A DNA stretch of 29,742 nucleotides from contig JBJXGA010000274.1 of NCBI GenBank assembly GCA_046152955.1, positions 1 through 29,742 on the forward strand, read 5' to 3'. Made by a program: the position numbers and the translations under genes. This DNA comes from Planctomycetales bacterium (GTDB lineage Bacteria > Planctomycetota > Planctomycetia > Planctomycetales > Planctomycetaceae). Below the pieces are notes generated by a model, which was not told where the DNA came from, did no database searches, and saw nothing but the letters and a program-made list of their open reading frames with translations. Positions 24,822 to 29,742 of this stretch are shown piece after piece. The stretch's first letter is position 1. Each line of letters begins with the position of its first letter.

Positions 24822-27374
24822 TCACTCGCGGGTGATGAACTCATCCAGATTCAGGAGCACACGCGCCACCGCCGTCCAGGCAGCGAACTCCTGCACGTTC
24901 GCGGCAACCGGAATCAGCGGGGGAGTCAATTGCTCCGCGTCCTGAGGATGCGCCGCGAACTCGGCGCGCTGCTGCTTTAGCAGTTTGTCCAAACGCTGCG
25001 ATTCCGCGTCGCTGGGGGCCCGCGAGAGACAGGTCTGAAAGGCGTACTTCAGCCGCGGGCCGTCCCCCGTGGGGGCATCCTTCAAAACGCGCAGCGCCAG
25101 TCCCTGCGCCAATTCCACGAACTGCTGATCATTGGCCAGTGTCAGCGATTGCAGCGGAGTGTTGGACCGGTTGCGCCGCGTACAGGTGACATTGGCATCG
25201 GGAAAGTCGAAGACCGTCATCGCCGGGTACGGGGCCGAACGCCACAGATACGTGTACATCCCGCGGCGGTATCGGTCCGGACCAGTGGCCGTGGCCCAGG
25301 GCTTTTTGTCCTGTGTGAAGTCGTAGACGCCATCCGGCTGAGGGGGATTGACGCTGGGTCCCCCGATCGTGCGGTTCAACAGTCCGCTCGTGGTCAGCGC
25401 GGCATCCCGAATCACTTCGGCGTCAATCCGCAACCGCGATTGCCGCGCGTAGAGCTTGTTGGCCGGATCGATCTCCGCCAGTTCGGTCCGGAAACGCGAA
25501 GCTTGCCGATAGGTGGCGGAGGTCACGATCAGGGCGTGCAGGTTCTTCAGGCTCCAGGGAACGCCCGGAGTGGTTCCCAGGGGGGCCACGGTCGGCGCCA
25601 TGAATTCGGAAGCGAGCCAATCGAGAAGCTCCGGATGCGTCGGAGCCGTCCCCTGAATGCCGAAATCGTTTTCCGTCTCGACGATTCCCCGCCCGAAGAA
25701 TTTCTGCCAGACGCGATTGACCGTGACGCGCGGCGTCAGCGGATTGCGCTGGCTGACCAACCAGCGGGCCAGATCGAGGCGGGTGGGACGGGACGCTGAC
25801 TCGGGGAGAGGCGGGAGGACGGCGGGGACCGCTGGCGTGACGGCGGCGCCATGCCGCAGAAAATCGCCACGGATGTGGATGTGGGTATCGCGGGGCTGCG
25901 ACCGCTCCTGCAAGACCATCGTCGTGGTGAACTGCGGCTCCGCGGAACGAAGCGTCGAAATCTGTTCCAGGACGGGAAACTTCTGGCGCGCCACCTCCAG
26001 CTTCTTGTAATACTCGGCCAGATCTTTGCGGTTCTGATCGCTCCGCATGACGACTGCCAGATTGACCGCGTTGAGCACTTCCGGAGGGAGTTTCTTCTTC
26101 TCGTCCTCGGTCAACGCCTTTTCCCAGGCGTCCAATTCCGCCTGAAATTCCGCGGCCCGCGCCGCGAACTGCTGTTCCAATTCCGCCACCTGGCGGCGGA
26201 CGTCGTCCCGTTTCTGCACCAACCCCTGCTGCACCTGTTCGGCGGTGGGGACGTCCAGCTTGGGCTCGTCGGCATTGTTGAGGAAGGCGTACAACTGATA
26301 GTACTCGCGCTGCGAAAGGGGGTCGTATTTGTGCTCGTGGCACTGCGCGCAGCCGACCGTCAGTCCCAAAAACACCAGTCCGGTCGTGTTCACCCGATCG
26401 ACCACCGACTCCACGCGAAACTGCTCGGGGTCCGTTCCCCCCTCCTCGTTGATCAGCGTATTGCGATGGAACCCGGTGGCGATCCGCTGCTGGAGCGTGG
26501 CCCCTTCCAGCATGTCTCCGGCGAGTTGCTCGATCGTGAACTGATCGAACGGCAGATCGCGGTTGACCGCGTCAATCACCCAATCGCGGTACTTCCAGAT
26601 GCTGCGAGCGAAGTCGCGCGTGAAACCGTTCGAATCGGCGTAACGGGCCAGGTCGAGCCAATGTCGGCCCCAGCGTTCTCCGTAATGCGGTGAATTCAAG
26701 AGCCGTTCCACCAAACGCTCGTAGGCCTGCGGATGTTGGTCCGCGACGAAGGCGTCGATCTCGGCCAATGACGGAGGCAATCCCAAGAGATCAAAGCTGA
26801 GACGGCGGATCTGCGTTACGCGGTCCGCCTCGGCAGCCGGTTGCAGTCCTTCCTGCTCCTGCCGCGCCAGGACGAAGGCGTCAATCGGATTTCTCACCCA
26901 GCCTGCGGTTTTGACCGACGGCATGGTGGAGCGAACGATCGGCTGAAACGACCAATGGTCGCTCCGTTTGTCCCGCGCAGCTCCAGCGACTTCGTTCTCC
27001 GGGGCCTTGGCCCCCTCGTCAATCCAGCGGACCAGAAGCGCGATTTCGGCCGCGGTCGGGCGCGGCTCCCCCTCCGGAGGCATCGCGGCCACCCCCTCGG
27101 TCCCGGTCAGTGCCTGGATCAGCAGGCTCTCACCGCTCTTTCCGGCGACGACGGCGCTCCCCGTGTCTCCCCCGGCCAGCGCGGCTTTCGCCGTATCAAG
27201 CCGCAAACCCGATTTTTGCTTCTGGGCGCCATGGCACCCCACGCAAAATTGCGTTAGGAGCGGTTTGATCTGCGCCTGATAGTCAACCGCGGCAGTCTCC
27301 TCCGCCCGACCGATTGAGACTCCGGCACAAACTCCCCAGCAAACGCCGACGATCGCCGTCAAACGCCGTATCAT
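24822..27374 (-). CDS. planctomycete PSD-family protein: PSCyt1 + DUF1549 + DUF1553 (short form, no insert domain)
   Basis: Signal peptide MIRRLTAIVGVCWGVCAGVSIG. FCVGCH motif. DUF1549 (ASPHYGERWGRHWLDLARYADS) and DUF1553 (CAQCHEHKYDP) blocks. C-terminus LNLDEFITRE matches the paralog at 19543. Confidence 0.85.
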   Translation of the reverse strand: MIRRLTAIVGVCWGVCAGVSIGRAEETAAVDYQAQIKPLLTQFCVGCHGAQKQKSGLRLDTAKAALAGGDTGSAVVAGKSGESLLIQALTGTEGVAAMPPEGEPRPTAAEIALLVRWIDEGAKAPENEVAGAARDKRSDHWSFQPIVRSTMPSVKTAGWVRNPIDAFVLARQEQEGLQPAAEADRVTQIRRLSFDLLGLPPSLAEIDAFVADQHPQAYERLVERLLNSPHYGERWGRHWLDLARYADSNGFTRDFARSIWKYRDWVIDAVNRDLPFDQFTIEQLAGDMLEGATLQQRIATGFHRNTLINEEGGTDPEQFRVESVVDRVNTTGLVFLGLTVGCAQCHEHKYDPLSQREYYQLYAFLNNADEPKLDVPTAEQVQQGLVQKRDDVRRQVAELEQQFAARAAEFQAELDAWEKALTEDEKKKLPPEVLNAVNLAVVMRSDQNRKDLAEYYKKLEVARQKFPVLEQISTLRSAEPQFTTTMVLQERSQPRDTHIHIRGDFLRHGAAVTPAVPAVLPPLPESASRPTRLDLARWLVSQRNPLTPRVTVNRVWQKFFGRGIVETENDFGIQGTAPTHPELLDWLASEFMAPTVAPLGTTPGVPWSLKNLHALIVTSATYRQASRFRTELAEIDPANKLYARQSRLRIDAEVIRDAALTTSGLLNRTIGGPSVNPPQPDGVYDFTQDKKPWATATGPDRYRRGMYTYLWRSAPYPAMTVFDFPDANVTCTRRNRSNTPLQSLTLANDQQFVELAQGLALRVLKDAPTGDGPRLKYAFQTCLSRAPSDAESQRLDKLLKQQRAEFAAHPQDAEQLTPPLIPVAANVQEFAAWTAVARVLLNLDEFITRE

Positions 27375-27535
27375 GCGACCTGGACCTTCCCAAAATCGAT
27401 TCCGACCCGGAACGTATCACTGAACCTTGATTCTATCGCACCCGGTGACCGGCGGCTACTGTTTTTTGGCCCGGTCCAGGAGGGAAACTCGACAGGTCGG
27501 AGTGAATCGTGCCCTGCGACAGAATTCTGGGGGCC

Positions 27536-27577
27536 TCTGACCTTCAATTTACAGAGTCTGACCTCCAATTTGCAGAG
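27536..27577. repeat. tandem imperfect 21-bp direct repeat about 165-200 bp upstream of the PSD gene start (27374)
   Basis: TCTGACCTTCAATTTACAGAG (27536-27556) is followed directly by TCTGACCTCCAATTTGCAGAG (27557-27577), with 19/21 identity. Confidence 0.45.
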
Positions 27578-27673
27578 ATTGACCGGGGAAGCCTGCGGAA
27601 CAACCTGTCGCCGGAAATCCCAACCGACCAGGATTGCGCGATTTCTCAGACAGCGCCCTTCTGCCCCCTCTGA

Positions 27674-29470
27674 TCATTTTTGATATTTGATGTGCAGCTC
27701 GACACGTTCGATAACAATCTGAACATCCGTGTCGGGCTTGATGAGACGCAATCCGACCAGGTTATTGCCGATTGCAAGCTGTCTCTGATCCACTCTGAAT
27801 ACCAGCCACCCCTGCTCCACGGTAGCCACCGGCAGCAGCAGATTGTTGAGTCGGCATTCGATCTTCGCTTCGATGCCCCGTGCGGGCGGTTTGTTCATGG
27901 CTCCGGCGTCTGGCTTGGGACGCGTGTAGTTACCCACCACCGTCGGCTGGATTCTCTGCTCGGCGGTCAGCGCTTCAGCTTTGAAATCTGAAACCACAAT
28001 TCGCAGTGTAATTTCTTTGACTTGGCTTGCCCTGTCGGCCACATCATCCGCGAACGCCAAAACCAGGAGCGTATCGCCCTGTTCCGCGCTCGATAACGAC
28101 GCCGGAAGCTGTGCCAGCATATTGGCGCCGAAGGACATATGCCGGGGCGTCTCCCACGCCGTCGGTTTGGGCCAGGCCTGAGGACCGAGGTTGTCGCCGC
28201 GGCGCTGCACAATGAATGCTTTGTCCCGTCGCCTGAGGACTTCCGCCGATCCGACTTCACTGAAAACTTGCGCCTGCCGATCCCACTGCGCCAGTGATTG
28301 CTCCAGATACTGCTCTGAAAACCCTTCCACTTTTGTGGCTTCGATTCTGTTGCGCGCCGCGGGGGAGGGGCTACCCATATTGAAGAGGTGGATGCCATCC
28401 GCACCCTGACGCCACCAATTTGACGCGACTCCGCGAAACACCTCGATCGGCGCATTCCGGTAACCGTCGGAGGCATGGTAATCATCCCATGACGGATAGA
28501 GCTTGATCCCCCCATTGGAAGACAGGCTCTGGAAACTGGCGAGGTCGACGTCTGCCGATCGGTTTCCCAGGACAAAGATGTCGACCAGTCGATCGCGAGC
28601 CCAGGTTTCCACGTCATAGCCATCGTAGTGGCACCACAACAGCGATTCGGGCACTCGCACAGCCAGCAGAATCGGACGACCGCGTTTCATCTCCAGTTCC
28701 AGCAATGAAGTACGTACCGAACGCACAAACTCCGTCAGGTGCTTTCGATCCAGCCATTGCTCACCGGTCGGAAACATGACCGACGTTCGGGAAAAATCCA
28801 GCTGAATGCCGTCAAACGGGTAGAGCATCGCGAGCTCATTCACAATGCTGCGTTTGAATTCGCGGACTTCCGGAAAGACGAAATTCCAGTAATGCGGGAA
28901 AGGGTAAATGGCTTGAACCAGGCGCTCCGGATGCCGCTCTTTGATGGGCCGCACCAGCTTGTATTCGCCAGGGCCATTGTCGTTTCCGTTGACGCGATAG
29001 GAAAAGAAGACCTCTCGACCGCGCTGTCGCGCCTGCTCCAACAACACCCGTACGGGATCAATCCCCGCCTCCGACCATCGGGGAAAGATCGCCGTCTGAC
29101 GGGGAATGATCTCGCTGGGCCACGAGGCGGAATTCCCCTCGGTCCAATCCCACCAGACACTGTCGATCTGATTGTTTGGCTCGTCCAAAGGCGAAAGGTG
29201 GTAATCGATGGCGTCGGCGAGGCGGTCGGGACCGATCGCTAGGTTGTAAAACGCGCCCGCCCCCACATCCGTCTGCAGGATGATTCTTCTTTGACGATTG
29301 ACCGCGGCCAGGTGAGCGGCGGTCAATCGAATGCTCTGCTGGTCAGGAGTGGGCGACTGCCCCTGCGCCATCGATGTCCCCGAGAGCACAATCCCTAGGA
29401 TGACGACTCCGATGGATGACCCAAGTGGCCATGACGTCGCGAAGAACTGATCTGTGAAGCGTGGCCGCAT
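27674..29470 (-). CDS. secreted 598-aa protein of unknown family; possibly a glycoside-hydrolase-like TIM-barrel plus C-terminal beta-sandwich (weak call)
   Basis: Signal peptide MRPRFTDQFFATSWPLGSSIGVVILGIVLSGTSMA-QG. Strong SD AAGGAGA 7 nt before ATG 29470; the track start at 29566 would add a non-signal-like extension. No firm motif recognised. Confidence 0.55.
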   Translation of the reverse strand: MRPRFTDQFFATSWPLGSSIGVVILGIVLSGTSMAQGQSPTPDQQSIRLTAAHLAAVNRQRRIILQTDVGAGAFYNLAIGPDRLADAIDYHLSPLDEPNNQIDSVWWDWTEGNSASWPSEIIPRQTAIFPRWSEAGIDPVRVLLEQARQRGREVFFSYRVNGNDNGPGEYKLVRPIKERHPERLVQAIYPFPHYWNFVFPEVREFKRSIVNELAMLYPFDGIQLDFSRTSVMFPTGEQWLDRKHLTEFVRSVRTSLLELEMKRGRPILLAVRVPESLLWCHYDGYDVETWARDRLVDIFVLGNRSADVDLASFQSLSSNGGIKLYPSWDDYHASDGYRNAPIEVFRGVASNWWRQGADGIHLFNMGSPSPAARNRIEATKVEGFSEQYLEQSLAQWDRQAQVFSEVGSAEVLRRRDKAFIVQRRGDNLGPQAWPKPTAWETPRHMSFGANMLAQLPASLSSAEQGDTLLVLAFADDVADRASQVKEITLRIVVSDFKAEALTAEQRIQPTVVGNYTRPKPDAGAMNKPPARGIEAKIECRLNNLLLPVATVEQGWLVFRVDQRQLAIGNNLVGLRLIKPDTDVQIVIERVELHIKYQK

Positions 29471-29558
29471 ACTTTGGTCTCCTTTCTTGAACGACGCATT
29501 GGCGGCAAATCGCAGCCGAAAAGCACAGCTCCGGGCGGCGGGGGTGGCCCGCCGATCA

Positions 29559-29741
29559 GAATTCAATAAGAAGTTGTGCTTGGAACAGCAAGACGCTTTC
29601 GCCGGCTCGGTGTCCGGCGAGCACGTTGTCCGCCAATGTGCGGATGGTGCGGGTCACATCCAGCGGACCTCGCCACTGGCGTGACTGCTGTGGATACCCG
29701 TTGGCGCCCCAGCTCCCTTCATGACCGGTGCCATAGGGCCC
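29559..29741 (-). CDS. possible C-terminal fragment of a gene extending beyond the window edge
   Basis: Open minus-strand frame from the window edge to stop (rc TGA at 29556-29558): ...GPYGTGHEGSWGANGYPQQSRQWRGPLDVTRTIRTLADNVLAGHRAGESVLLFQAQLLIEF. No start lies inside the window, so it is absent from the ORF track. Confidence 0.25.
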
Positions 29742-29742
29742 G

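Noticed and set aside
25423-26693. ORFs 25423-26343 (-, other frame), 25851-26693 (+) and 25149-25799 (+)
   Set aside because: Overlap the 850-aa PSD gene. Gly/Arg/Ala/Pro low complexity.
27440-27465. CCGGTGACCGG near-palindrome followed by a T6 run
   Set aside because: The stem is only 4 bp. On the + strand no gene ends here, and on the minus strand the T-run precedes rather than follows the stem. Not a convincing terminator.
27967-28623. 218-aa minus-strand alternative-frame ORF and + strand ORF 28739-29242
   Set aside because: Inside the 598-aa secreted-protein gene. Shadow ORFs.
1-29742. CRISPR arrays, tRNA/rRNA genes, IS elements/transposases, integrases
   Set aside because: No regularly spaced repeat-spacer array. 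No cloverleaf-like conserved tRNA segments or rRNA-like stretches noticed. No transposase- or integrase-like ORF. The only short repeats are those listed as features.

Overview
This window is high-GC (about 60-65 %) bacterial chromosomal DNA and almost certainly comes from a Planctomycetota genome. The main evidence is three giant paralogous PSCyt1(CxxCH)-DUF1549-DUF1553 'PSD1-type' proteins and two Tat-signal DUF1501 proteins, which are hallmark planctomycete gene families. I call 22 CDS and one 3'-edge fragment; none of the genes carry a recognised gene symbol, so all symbol fields are left blank.

What the window contains:
- an SPFH/band-7 protein with a triplicated N-terminal unit
- two alpha/beta hydrolases
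- a Gfo/Idh/MocA oxidoreductase next to an orphan DUF1501 gene
- a + strand cluster of secreted hydrolase, 3-TM mini-protein, exported 2-TM protein and an internally duplicated ABC-2 permease with no ATPase gene
- an esterase-DUF1080 fusion
- an AT-rich hairpin and heptamer-repeat island
- an orphan lipoprotein TolC-like outer-membrane factor
- a toxin-first Gp49/HigB-like plus XRE antitoxin TA pair with a visible sigma70-like promoter and operator
- a PSD - Uma2 nuclease - DUF1501 - PSD array abutting a third convergent PSD paralog
- a secreted 598-aa protein of unknown fold

I found no rRNA, tRNA, CRISPR array, transposase or integrase. The many long ORFs antisense to these genes are GC-driven shadow ORFs and were rejected.

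The most interesting candidates are the ATPase-less exported-protein plus tandem-permease operon, and the PSD/DUF1501 array interrupted by a PD-(D/E)xK (Uma2) nuclease. All domain calls are by eye from motifs; I ran no searches.
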